DNA of 64,000 nt, from NCBI RefSeq assembly GCF_964204645.1, contig NC_134025.1, forward strand, positions 21,618,299 to 21,682,298, written 5' to 3'. Shown in pieces: positions 55,101-64,000 of this stretch. This DNA is from Tubulanus polymorphus (Eukaryota > Animalia > Nemertea). Below the pieces are notes generated by a model. The model saw nothing but the letters and a program-made list of their open reading frames with translations. It did no database searches and was not told where the DNA came from. Made by a program: the position numbers and the translations under genes. Each line of letters begins with the position of its first letter. The stretch's first letter is position 1.

Positions 55101-58100
55101 CCGCGCGGAGTGGGGCCGATACGTCCAGCAGAACGTTACGGGGTTCATATCGGTCTTTAAAAGTCCTAAAAAGTACTTAAATGGGAATGAACTTGAACTT
55201 AAACTTTAATTTTATTGCTCCATATAATATACAGGTTACATAGGAAATGACAAGCAATAAAATATTAACATCATAACACAGGAGAAACAGTACAAAAGTG
55301 GACATACATTCATAATGGAGGAATAGAAAAACATTTGCAAATAAAATATGCGAAATGTAGAAAAAAATATAATACATATACAGCAAGGAAACTAAGTGGC
55401 GATACAATCAAGTGAATAGAACATAAAAGCATCAAAGTGTTGAACGGAGGGCAAATAAAGAGTTAACTAGGTTACTCACAAGGCTGGCAATTTCATATAG
55501 TCTCCATTGTTATATATAAGACATCAAAAATAAGAATTTATCATAAACACAATAAGACTCAAACTCTGTAAAACATACAAGTGAGGACAAAATAGAAACC
55601 CTGGCAGGATGAAGCGAGGGACACACGAGTAAAAAGTGGGATTCGTCCTCAACGACTTTATTAGCAGTACAGTTGAGGCAAAATCTTTCATTAGCTGGTA
55701 ACAATGGACGACAGTGACGCCCCGTCTCGATTCTAAGACGGTAGGAACCGAGACGCAGTTTGGAGAATTCGCGTCTTTTAAGGAAAGAGTTCGAAACTAT
55801 ATATTTTTTTAGTTCAAAACGTTTTTTAAAAAGTTTATAGGTTCTTAATTTGGGGTTGGAATTACTGTCGTTAACTTGAAGTAGCCACGATGAAGAATAT
55901 AAAAGATGCATTTTAGACTGAAGCACTGAAGGTAAATTCAAGGCATTGAATAACATGGAATGGTCTCTAAACTCCTTAAATCATTGCCATAGTCCTTGAA
56001 TGGCATCGCCTCACCACACGATTACAATTTGAAACTTTTGGTCACATTATATCAGGTGGGGTACATTGTTGGTATTGTTAGGTCCAGTACAGTAGTCTGA
56101 TGGATGAACCCAATGTAAGTTGGAAATCTTGAACATCTTATGAAAAAAGCCCTGGTATCGGGAGTCGAAAAGGTCCTTGAATCAGATCGTTATCACATTG
56201 CATCATTCAATTCATCACCTTTATTATGGTTGAGAACAAAGGGAACAAAGTATTTATAATGTATTAGATATCATAGATGCCATGGAAGTAGACAGTATTC
56301 ATTCTGCAAAGGTCTATCAATAACTGCATGAATCCTCTTTGCCATTTTGCCATTTCAGGAGGAACCTCCAACTAGACCAGCGAGTGTGGATTCACTATGC
56401 AAGTTGAAGAAATCCACCTCAAGGGATAGCGGGCAGTCAAGTAATGGTAAAAATGGAAATAGCGAAGGAAAGGATAGCAAGTCAACGGGCAAAGGCCGAG
56501 ACGATGTGGATTCAGATATTGAGGGCAGCATTGATGGTAAATCTGAAGAGAATAACGACGGAGAACCAAGAGAAGTCGAGGTTGTCTATGTTGCGTACCC
56601 CGATGACTGCTGTCCAAATATATGCGTACGAAAAATTCCGATTTGTACGACTTTCCTGCAAACAAAACCGGGCAAAGCATGGTGGAAAGTCCGCTGTTAT
56701 ATGTTCAAATTAGTCGAACACAAGTACTTCGAGATGTTCATTATCACCATGATTCTTCTCAGTAGTGTATCTTTAGTAAGTATGCGCTAATCGTTACCAA
56801 CATAGAAGGAAAGCATCACCCATTACTTAATACTGATATGGTTCAAAATAAAGACTGTGCAATCTGCGCAACTTTTTACCTAACATTAAAGTCAGTTGCA
56901 TCATCATTTTTGTCCCGAATCAGCCACCATAAAATATACCAACTATGTTCAGTTTATACTTATTGTCGAGATATAAGATTCATTAATAACTTCACTGTGT
57001 TATTTCATCTGTATATGTACAGGCCTTAGAAGACGTTAACCTTCCTGAAAGAAAAACATTGAAGGAAATCTTAGAGTATGCTGATAAATGCTACACGGTT
57101 ATATTTGTTATGGAGATGGTGATCAAGTGGTTGGCGTTTGGTTTCAAGAAATATTTCACTGACGCCTGGTGTTGGTTAGACTTCATCATTGTCGCTGTAA
57201 GTGTTGTACTAGCACTTGATACGTGTTTTCACGTTTTACGTTGGAGTAAAAGTATATATCTAGGCCTGGGGCTGGGTGTGGGTTCTATGGAACATGTGTC
57301 GGGAACAGTAGTTCTGGAAAGCTCTATTCTCTCTTAACAGTGCATTAGCATAATCTACTAATCTCAAAGCAGAAAACGTGTAGACAAATGATATCTAAGG
57401 TTAATTCGATTTTATTTAAAAGTAAAAGTAAGAACAATATTACTTTGACTGTTAACGAGATTTTATTCGAACTACGAGCTTTCGTTACTAGCGCATAGTC
57501 GCTTCATCAGGTAAAAGGGCTCATCATTACCCGATAAAGCTATTATATGCGCCAGTAATGAAAGCTCGTACTTCGAAAGAAAATCTAGTTAACTATCAAT
57601 GTAATAATTTTCGTCGCATTTACTGTTCCTCCACACGAGACAAGATTAGTTGTCAACTTGTCAATTCAGTGTACATGGGTTCGAATCCTCTAAAAGCTGA
57701 GTTTCCTGCTGAAGGCCTTTCCCCTGGAAACACGCCCTAAACTGCATTCTGTGCACAGGGAATTAAAGCATTGCAGGAGGCTTTCACGAGCTGGGGAGGG
57801 GTATCGGAGATGATCTCGGACCATTTTCGGACAATAATCCTAACTGTGCTCCAGTGATTTAATTCGCACTAACAACGATTCAAATATTTTGTAGATATCT
57901 ATCATAAGCATTGTTGCTAAGGTTGTCGGATTGGGAAATATCGGACCGTTTAAGGCCATGAGGACGCTACGTGCCTTACGACCTCTCAGAACAGTTTCCA
58001 GAATGGATGGCATGAGGGTAATTCTGTTTTAACTTTCAATGACACGATGAGCCTATCAGGATTCAGTTCCACTGTTGTGAGTCAGAGTTGAGCTCATTTT

Positions 58101-61100
58101 CAAAAAGTTAACTCATCAAAGAGTTAAATCTTAACTCACAACTGAGGCGCTAGGTCCTATCGAATATCTAATTTTTCAACGACATTCAACGCTCAGCTAC
58201 GATTGAATACGTGCCTATTGTATGTCACGGCATACGTAATACATATCAAGACTTAAAGCTGAGCTGCATCTTTCCTCAATGGAGTTGTAATACGGACCAT
58301 TCAAAAAACACGCTCCGATTATCCCTTGGGCAAATTGTGTGATCTGATTGAGTTGTTGATTATTTCGTAGGTTGTTGTAAACGCACTCATACAGGCTATC
58401 CCATCAATCTGTAACGTATTGTTGGTGTGTCTAGTCTTCTGGCTAATATTCAGTATCATGGGTGTCCAACTATTTGCCGGTGGATTCTGGAAATGCAAGT
58501 GGAAGCACAACGATACACTTCTTCCGGTATCCATGGTCGATAACAAGACTGAATGCGAAGGTTTGCAATCCGAGGGTTATAACGTCACATGGGACAATGC
58601 TCGAGTGAATTTTGACAATGTTATGAATGCGTACCTCGCCTTATTCCAAGTGGTATGTAAATTTCGTATTCGACTAGCGTTAAAACTAGCAAAAATAGTC
58701 GAACATTTAATGCGATAAAATGATTTCCTCTCGCTTTTAGGCAACGTTCAAAGGTTGGATGGTCATCATGCAAGATGCGACCGATTTTAGAGGGGTATGA
58801 AGTTTTGTCTTCAAATTGATATACATGTACTGCCATCTACGCCGGCATTTGGCTTAACTCGCTGTCAGCGGGTTCAGACTATTTGAAAAAAGTGACAAAT
58901 TGCGACAGAGAAACATAATAGGGATTTTCCATCATTCTGAAATTGACAACATAACAAACATACCAAAATCAGTTTTTGTTTTTCTCTTACAGAAAGAGAA
59001 ACAACCAGAGCGGGAATATAACGTATACTTCTACGTGTACTTTGTCCTATTCATTATATTCGGGTCTTTTTTCACTCTCAATCTGTTCATTGGTGTGATC
59101 ATCGATAATTTCAACGTACAAAAGAAGAAGGTAAATTTCCCGTAATTAATATCTTTCCCTTTTCGAAATTCCAATAACGTTTTCGAAATAGTTTCCTTCG
59201 GTGCGAAGCGTAGACAAAATACGTACCTGTGGTTTCATCAAATTTTTCTGATATCTTATTTCTAACTATTTACCATTGGCAGAAGGTGATTTTCAATCAA
59301 TAGTTGTACAGGGTTTGCTGTGTGATTGTACATTTTATCATGTGTGTGATTGAACAATCGGTTAGGTGATTGGAATAGCTTCTACCGCACTCGGGGTCTG
59401 AAAAAAGTTTTTCTGTAAGAAGTAGCCAGTCACCGAACCTGAGCACTGCTGAATATGATACCACACGTGTGACAAGTAGATTACGTCACATATCCTCCAC
59501 GTGTAGGGATTCGAACCTGATGGCTCGAGTTCGCAGCTTTATGTGCCGCTTAGATGATGCCATCATTCAGTAGCCAATCAGAAATCCTGTTTTATCTTAG
59601 CCTGGGTTTTCCAGTCATAATTTATCTGTGAAATTTTCCTTAGCCATTATACAACGAGCAATCTAATTGGTGCCGCAGGTTTTCTAGCGCATGTACCTGC
59701 ACACCCGGTTTTAAGTGGCAGGGTTTTGTGTTGTGGCAAATCTAGCGATGCCATCAGTTTCGAATCAGTGCCGTGGGCGGATGCATATATACATTTTATA
59801 CATTCAACGATTTTCAGTTCACAGCCGATCAGATCATTTACGTATAAAATCACTTGTTCGAAGTAGTTCATTCGTATATAACCATAATTAATTCTTAAGA
59901 GTGCACTACAGAGATATGGGATTACGTCTTGTCTTCGCGCACAATGCCTAGAAATTCACAGAAAAGATTCGTGATTATATTGAAGAGAAAACCCACAATT
60001 ATGAAAAAAATGAAGAGAATCTTGACGTTTTGACTGTATGAATAAATTCTATGTGCTATTTTCAAAACTTCTTCAGCTGTGAAAGCTCGCTCAGCTTCAT
60101 AAATCGTGGGTTTATCCTTTAGTTGAATTTTAGGCAGTCACTTGTCAATGGAAATCAACTAATCCATGATTTGTCAAAACACCAATTATTCATGATTACT
60201 GCACTCAGCATCGAAATGAACTTTGACAATAAGTTGAATTAAGCACATATCCGTTCGAGGTCATAAAGAGTTGATGTTTTCAGGCATTATTTTCTGATCT
60301 TGTTTACAGGCTGGCGGGTCTCTGGAAATGTTTATGACCGACGACCAGAAGAAATATTACAACGCTATGAAGAAATTAGGATCCAAGGCACCGCAGAAAC
60401 CGATACCAAGGCCACGGGTAATGAATATATCGAGTGGAAGAAATTGCTCAACTGAAAATGTTCTTTTTCGTTACTTTCGGATGAAAATAAAGTTCCGGTT
60501 CTATTCTGTAAAATTTATCTTGAATTCATGACTGATTTTCATGAACTTTTATTATATTAAGTCTTCTCCGAACAAAAGCCGATTCGCTGAACTATTATCA
60601 TCAAATAATGCAGTATTACCATTGATGTACTGTACTAATATAGAGACACTGGCTTGATAGCAATGAAAATGACGATATAATCATCATGCTGGGGGGATGC
60701 TGCTAAAAACGTATTACACATACCATCTGACCTTTAGTCTAATGTATTTGGCGGTTGTACCCTAGGGGTAGCCGAGATATCGTCTGGTTGTTTAGACTAG
60801 ATCAACCCATCAAAGACGACTCCGTTCTATTTTCTAGTTCAAGATACAAGCGTTCTTCTTCGATCTAACGACGAACCAGAAGTTCGATATATTCATCATG
60901 ATATTTATTCTGCTGAACATGGGAGTGATGGCGGTCGATGCGCATGGTCAAGATGAAGCTGTCAGGAGTGTCTTAGAGAAAATTAACCTCGCTTTTATAT
61001 CGATTTTCACGTGTGAATGTGTTATGAAACTACTTGGTCTGCGTTGGTATTATTTCAAGCAACCTTGGAACGTATTTGATTTTGTCATTGTGGTGTTTTC

Positions 61101-62700
61101 TTTAGTCGGTAAGTATATCATTCATATAACACCACGGCCGCACGCAACTCCGATGAATTTTTGTTGGAAGCAGTTTAAGCTATAAAGCCGCGATCACACG
61201 GCAAATAATTTGGCCCGGGCCAAATTTGTATGGATCAGGCCCGAGTCTAATTTGGCCCGGGCCTAATTAGAGAGCGCGTTCACGCGTAAACCATTCACTC
61301 GATCGAAATGAGTCACTTATAGGACCAGTTGCAATTCACGCAATGATTTGACCCGTACTAAAATTTGGCAAGAGCCTGGTCCGACGTTTTTGGTCGGGCC
61401 AAATTTAGCACGGACCAAAAACGCTCGTGTGATCGCGGCTTATGTACTAAATTTGTAACAAAACACAGCTGCCCCTAGCATAATCATAGATATACATCAG
61501 CTGCAATTAATTGCCTTAGATTATAATTCGCATTCGCAAGATGTTGATATTAAGGATCATAAACTTTGATTCCATTTCATTTTCTTTTTTTATTTTTTAG
61601 CAATTGGCCTGCAAGACATTATGTCAAGCTTCCCGATATCGCCAACCCTGATACGTGTCGTACGTGTGTTCAGAGTCGGTCGTGTGTTACGTTTAGTCAA
61701 ATCGGCTAAAGGGATTAGAACCTTATTGTTTTCTCTTGCCGTATCATTGCCTGCCTTGTTCAATATTGGATTACTGCTATTCCTGGTTATGTTCATATAC
61801 GCCATGTTCGGTATGAACTTTTTCTCGAGGGTCAAACACGCTTCGGGAATCGACGATCTGTTCAATTTCGAAACGTTCGGTAAAAGCGTCATAATCCTGT
61901 TTCAAATGTCAACATCTGCTGGCTGGGACGGAGTTTTAGACGCGTTGATGAACGACCATCCGCCTCTGTGTAACGACACTCGCACTGAATACAGCGAGAA
62001 CGGAGACTGCGGTAACGGCACGCTTGGTATCATTTTCCTATCATCGTATTTAGTAATGAGCTTTCTGGTGGTTATAAACATGTACATTGCTGTGATTCTG
62101 GAAAACTTCACTCAAGCGACCGAGGACGTTCAACAAGGGTTGACGCAGGACGACTTCGATACGTACTACGAGAAATGGGAAAAATACGACCCGGAGGCCA
62201 CTCATTATATTCATTTCGAAATGCTTTCGGATCTAGTCGACGATATTGAGGAGCCGCTTCGTGTGCCAAAACCCAACTACTACAAACTCGTATCGATGGA
62301 TATACCAATCTGCAAAGATATGCGCTTGCACTGTGTTGATATTCTAGACGCTTTAACGAAGAGTTTCTTGGGAACGAGTGGCACGGACGGTGATTTGCCT
62401 GCACCGCAAACCGGACCTCAAAAACCGCCAGATTACGAAGTGGTCACCTCAACCTTAAAATTGCAACGCGAGTTATACTGCGCGAAAATAGTTCAAGCGG
62501 CTTGGAGGAATTATCGCAAACGGCGACCCAGCGTACCGATAGCTACGATCGTGAAAGTCGACGAAACGAACACGACCGGTGGCGACGCGAAAGACGGCGA
62601 TAAGGATAAGGATAAGAGTCCGGGAAATAGCATCTCAACGCCGGCGATACCTGACAGCCGAACAGTAGAACTACGCCCGGAAAGCGGTGTCGTTGCGTGA
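33842..62700 (+). CDS. para: Voltage-gated sodium channel alpha subunit (Nav1, para/SCNA-type); spliced gene with 26 coding exon positions, exon 3 duplicated; about 2011 aa
   Basis: The exons below join in frame to 6036 nt. Four 6-TM domains with Arg-rich S4 segments. Pore loops TQDYWE, CGEWIE, FKGWMV and SAGWDG give DEKA. MFM inactivation particle. Several exon sizes (129, 174, 123, 282, 54, 138, 271 nt) match the conserved vertebrate SCN exon structure as I recall it. Confidence 0.97.
34280..34319. repeat. Perfect 40-bp palindrome with tRNA-5'-like arms
   Basis: TGGCCTCGGTAGCTCAGAGT|ACTCTGAGCTACCGAGGCCA. Confidence 0.9.
37519..37672. mobile_element. MITE with 7-bp target-site duplication (P-element-like CATA...TATG termini)
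   Basis: TIR CATAGAACTATAAGCGAAAGGGAA; ATATATG at 37512-37518 and 37673-37679. Confidence 0.85.
38649..38767 (+). CDS. para: Nav1 exon 2 ([17 protein letters not shown]...YVLVHP)
   Basis: TTTTGCAG acceptor. Ends at CC|ATATCCTTT, a U12 AT-AC donor. Confidence 0.95.
38768..38776 (+). other. U12-type (minor spliceosome) AT-AC 5' splice site
   Basis: ATATCCTTT is the U12 donor consensus. It lies at the position of the AT-AC intron 2 of vertebrate SCN genes. Confidence 0.95.
41325..41344 (+). other. U12 branch point and AC acceptor for exon 3a
   Basis: TTCCTTAAC at 41325-41333, followed by ...TCAC| with AC at 41343-41344. Confidence 0.92.
41345..41440 (+). CDS. para: Nav1 exon 3a (DI S1 and S1-S2 loop; [33 protein letters not shown])
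   Basis: 96 nt, phase 2 at both ends, open frame, GTAAGT donor at 41441. Confidence 0.92.
42101..42117 (+). other. U12 branch point and AC acceptor for exon 3b
   Basis: TTCCTTAAC at 42101-42109, followed by TTTTTTAC| with AC at 42116-42117. Confidence 0.92.
42118..42213 (+). CDS. para: Nav1 exon 3b, alternative duplicate ([33 protein letters not shown])
   Basis: 96 nt paralogue of exon 3a with the same phases and an open frame; GTAAGT donor at 42214. Not in the ORF track. Confidence 0.9.
42618..42848. mobile_element. MITE-like fold-back element in the intron after exon 3b
   Basis: CAGACCCTTCATTGGTGTATTACAC pairs with GTGTAATAGACCAATGAAGGGTCTG. Confidence 0.8.
43743..43871 (+). CDS. para: Nav1 exon 4 (DI S2-S3; [19 protein letters not shown]...[14 protein letters not shown])
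   Basis: TTTCAG acceptor, GTAAGT donor, 129 nt. Confidence 0.95.
44092..44186 (+). CDS. para: Nav1 exon 5 (DI S3-S4; [23 protein letters not shown])
   Basis: TTGCAG acceptor, GTATGT donor, S4 voltage sensor. Confidence 0.95.
44409..44780. mobile_element. PIF/Harbinger-like MITE
   Basis: TIR GGGGTTGTCCATAAAA / TTTTATGGACAGCCCC, flanked by CTA and TTA. Confidence 0.75.
44987..45205 (+). CDS. para: Nav1 exon 6 (DI S5; [13 protein letters not shown]...)
   Basis: TTCAG acceptor, GTAAGT donor, in frame. Confidence 0.95.
45655..45721 (+). CDS. para: Nav1 exon 7 (DI turret; [21 protein letters not shown])
   Basis: TTTTTAG acceptor, GTAAGG donor. Phases 1 and 2 bridge exons 6 and 8. Contains the turret Cys. 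Confidence 0.85.
45986..46130 (+). CDS. para: Nav1 exon 8 (DI pore loop; ...[13 protein letters not shown])
   Basis: TTTAG acceptor, GTGAGT donor. Selectivity Asp codon at 46104-46106. Confidence 0.96.
46816..46980 (+). CDS. para: Nav1 exon 9 (DI S6; [36 protein letters not shown]...)
   Basis: TACAG acceptor, GTATGA donor. Confidence 0.95.
47875..47915 (-). ncRNA. Minimal type I hammerhead ribozyme motif within a palindromic repeat (47835-48045)
   Basis: Minus strand reads TCT-CTGATGA-TGGATTTAGAATAAACTCA-GAAA-CT-GTC^AGA: full core, GUC site, stem I TCT/AGA. Confidence 0.65.
49216..49422 (+). CDS. para: Nav1 exon 10 (I-II linker)
   Basis: AACAG acceptor, GTAAGT donor, phase 0-0, open frame. 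Confidence 0.9.
49526..50032 (+). CDS. para: Nav1 exon 11 (I-II linker; [28 protein letters not shown])
   Basis: TGCAG acceptor, GTAAGT donor. Motifs shared with insect para; several RRxS PKA-type sites. Confidence 0.93.
50861..50966 (+). CDS. para: Nav1 exon 12 (I-II linker; ...[17 protein letters not shown])
   Basis: TTTCAG acceptor, GTTAGT donor. Matches the para DNPFI...QTVVDMK motif. Confidence 0.9.
51776..51823 (+). CDS. para: Nav1 exon 13 ([16 protein letters not shown])
   Basis: TTACAG acceptor, phase-1 GTACGT donor. Matches para DVMVLNDII. Confidence 0.85.
52346..52590 (+). CDS. para: Nav1 exon 14 (DII S1)
   Basis: CTTAG acceptor, GTAAGT donor; FCTWD...[13 protein letters not shown]. 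Confidence 0.93.
52625..52860. mobile_element. hAT-like MITE
   Basis: TIR CAGGGTGGCCACT / AGTGACCACCCTG, with internal GAAAACTCAG repeats. Confidence 0.75.
53000..53173 (+). CDS. para: Nav1 exon 15 (DII S2-S4)
   Basis: TGCAG acceptor, GTGAGT donor, 174 nt. Confidence 0.96.
53238..53430. mobile_element. Palindromic Penelope-like pLTR remnant with a hammerhead-like core (53260-53300, minus); relatives at 50608-50732 and 57450-57593
   Basis: Inverted arms AGGTTAACTAG...CTAGTTAACCT. Minus strand reads CAC-CTGACGA-A-GCTACTATACACTAGAAGC-GAAA-GC-TC^GTG. Confidence 0.6.
53528..53881 (+). CDS. para: Nav1 exon 16 (DII S4-S6, pore CGEWIESMW)
   Basis: TTTCAG acceptor, GTACGT donor. Selectivity Glu codon at 53783-53785. 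Confidence 0.96.
53963..54116. mobile_element. Tc1/mariner (Tigger-like) MITE; second copy at about 40370-40565
   Basis: TIR CAGTAGACTCCGCTCAAGTCGGATC / GATCCGACTCGGGCGGAGTCTATTG. Confidence 0.8.
54204..54539 (+). CDS. para: Nav1 exon 17 (end of DII S6, II-III linker)
   Basis: TTTCAG acceptor, AAG|GTTTGT donor; [13 protein letters not shown]. Confidence 0.92.
55190..55956 (-). mobile_element. 5'-truncated non-LTR retrotransposon (ORF2 C-terminal Cys/His region plus 3' UTR)
   Basis: ORF 55510-55956 has KLRTY...[15 protein letters not shown]...ERFCLNC...[18 protein letters not shown] plus an (AAGTTY) tail at the 3' end. GGAATG duplicated at 55184-55189 and 55957-55962. Confidence 0.88.
56359..56775 (+). 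CDS. para: Nav1 exon 18 (II-III linker to DIII S1)
   Basis: TTTCAG acceptor, GTAAGT donor; YPDDCCP...[18 protein letters not shown]. Confidence 0.93.
57023..57196 (+). CDS. para: Nav1 exon 19 (DIII S2-S3)
   Basis: TACAG acceptor, GTAAGT donor; ALEDV...[15 protein letters not shown]. Confidence 0.96.
57895..58017 (+). CDS. para: Nav1 exon 20 (DIII S3-S4; ...[23 protein letters not shown])
   Basis: TTGTAG acceptor, GTAATT donor, 123 nt. Confidence 0.95.
58371..58652 (+). CDS. para: Nav1 exon 21 (DIII S5 and turret)
   Basis: TCGTAG acceptor, GTATGT donor, 282 nt. Confidence 0.96.
58741..58794 (+). CDS. para: Nav1 exon 22 (DIII pore; [18 protein letters not shown])
   Basis: TTTTAG acceptor, GTATGA donor, 54 nt. 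Selectivity Lys codon at 58750-58752. Confidence 0.95.
58993..59130 (+). CDS. para: Nav1 exon 23 (DIII S6; ...[20 protein letters not shown])
   Basis: TTACAG acceptor, GTAAAT donor, 138 nt. Confidence 0.96.
60310..60417 (+). CDS. para: Nav1 exon 24 (III-IV linker with MFM inactivation motif)
   Basis: TTACAG acceptor, GTAATG donor; [26 protein letters not shown]. Confidence 0.96.
60838..61108 (+). CDS. para: Nav1 exon 25 (DIV S1-S3)
   Basis: TTCTAG acceptor, GTAAGT donor, 271 nt. Confidence 0.95.
61186..61440. mobile_element. PIF/Harbinger-like MITE; related copy at about 22733-22910
   Basis: TIR AGCCGCGATCACACG / CGTGTGATCGCGGCT; shared TAGAGAGCGCGTTCACGCGTAAACCA block. Confidence 0.8.
61601..62700 (+). 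CDS. para: Nav1 terminal exon 26 (DIV S4-S6, pore TSAGWDG, C-terminal domain with PPDY and IQ-like motifs)
   Basis: Long pyrimidine tract with TAG acceptor; TGA stop at 62698-62700. Confidence 0.97.
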
Positions 62701-64000
62701 GAAATAACAGCCACTATTAAAGCTCAAGTTCGATCACATATTGTGCTGTGTGTTTTCATTTCATTTCATGTCAATACTGAATGCATACACCACGACTGCA
62801 TCACACCATTTTCTGATTCAACAAATAGTTGTAAACGTGTCATCAGCCATCTGAATATTGTATAACTATTACTAGTATACACGTATGTACTTCCAAAATA
62901 TTTCATTTTTGAATGGCATCAATAATGTATCAAATAATAACAATAATATCGACGATAATAATAATGATATTAATAATACCGTTTTTCAATCACGTCATTA
63001 TGTGACATTGACCATAAACGATGTTCCTTCGTGTCTTTCAAAATACGACTTTGGACGATTATTTTTCTATCTTTGTAATGTTTCATTTGATGCAACAACC
63101 ACCAAGGGGTGAGCGAACAAACAAACCAACCAACCAACCATTGTACCATAGCCGCGTCGTCCCAGTTGCTACTGATGACAACGTCATGAAAATTTGCGTT
63201 AGGTGCAAAGATAGTATTCGGGCCATTCATAAATTATTTATTTTTATAATAATTTATTGGTTATAATACTAACTACCTTTCGCACCACCTTAGTCACCAT
63301 GAGTTTGCGTATAGTGCCGCTTGTAATAGATAACTAATACTGTGTCCTGTTATTTAAGGCTTAAGTTTACGGCACATTTTACTGCTCTGAAGCGTCCAAT
63401 TGTCGGTTCTATATTAACGTTTTTTCTACATTTTGCCAGAAGTTTGTTGCAAAAAATGTGTATAAATTAAAAAAGACATAATGTTTTTTGTGTCTCGAGT
63501 TGCAAAAGATTGATTGTTTGATTGTTTTACACCTAAAATTTGTCTTCCTAAATTATAGGGATTTTCTATTCTACATGTTTTTATATGGTGGTACATGTAA
63601 CGCTCGAATTGACGACGTAAACGTAGTGTATAGATATTTAAAGAAATATAGTACTTGAACCAGAATTTCCAGGTTTATTCGCCCAACAAACCGACTGTGA
63701 ACATCTTTATCATAACCAATCACGAAAATGATTTCAGTCGGAAGGCTCTTTGGCATCTTCGCGAACCAGGGATTCGAACCTGCACAATGTTTGTATTCCG
63801 TAGCGTTGGATCGAGTCCCTGATGTGCGACGACGTGATTGGCCTTTGTCAACAGTTACGTCACTTAAAAATTGCAAATCGCCATTCAATCGATCCTGTAG
63901 AGCCATTCTGCGCGAGAGGCTCGTCTCGTGACCGAGGAATTCTGGTATCATGCACGTCTGTAGGTAAATTACTATCTTTCCCTTTATCACAAACACACAT

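Noticed and set aside
54204-56775. Ankyrin-G binding motif in the II-III linker
   Set aside because: No VPIAxxESD-like motif is present, as expected for a non-chordate channel.
57759-57800. In-frame 42-nt candidate exon ([14 protein letters not shown])
   Set aside because: It lies in a SINE-like stretch downstream of a GGTTCGAATCC B box and has no S3-S4 similarity.

Overview
Eukaryotic invertebrate genomic DNA, probably lophotrochozoan judging from the protein; no prokaryotic features. The right half (33842-62700, + strand) holds a complete voltage-gated sodium channel alpha subunit gene of the Nav1/para type. I traced 26 coding exon positions by hand: 6036 nt of CDS, about 2011 aa, DEKA selectivity filter, MFM inactivation motif, PY and IQ motifs. 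Main finding: exon 3 (domain I S1 and the S1-S2 loop) is tandemly duplicated (41345-41440 and 42118-42213, 96 nt each). Both copies have a minor-spliceosome (U12) branch point and AC acceptor that compete for one AT-AC donor at 38768, and both end in major-spliceosome GTAAGT donors. This predicts mutually exclusive splicing enforced by spliceosome incompatibility. Other observations: the second vertebrate AT-AC intron position is U2-type here; the domain III outer-pore Asp is Val; several intronic palindromes carry minimal hammerhead-ribozyme cores of the Penelope type. The left 33 kb has no convincing CDS. It contains microsatellites, MITEs, SINEs, LINE remnants and possible non-coding first exons.
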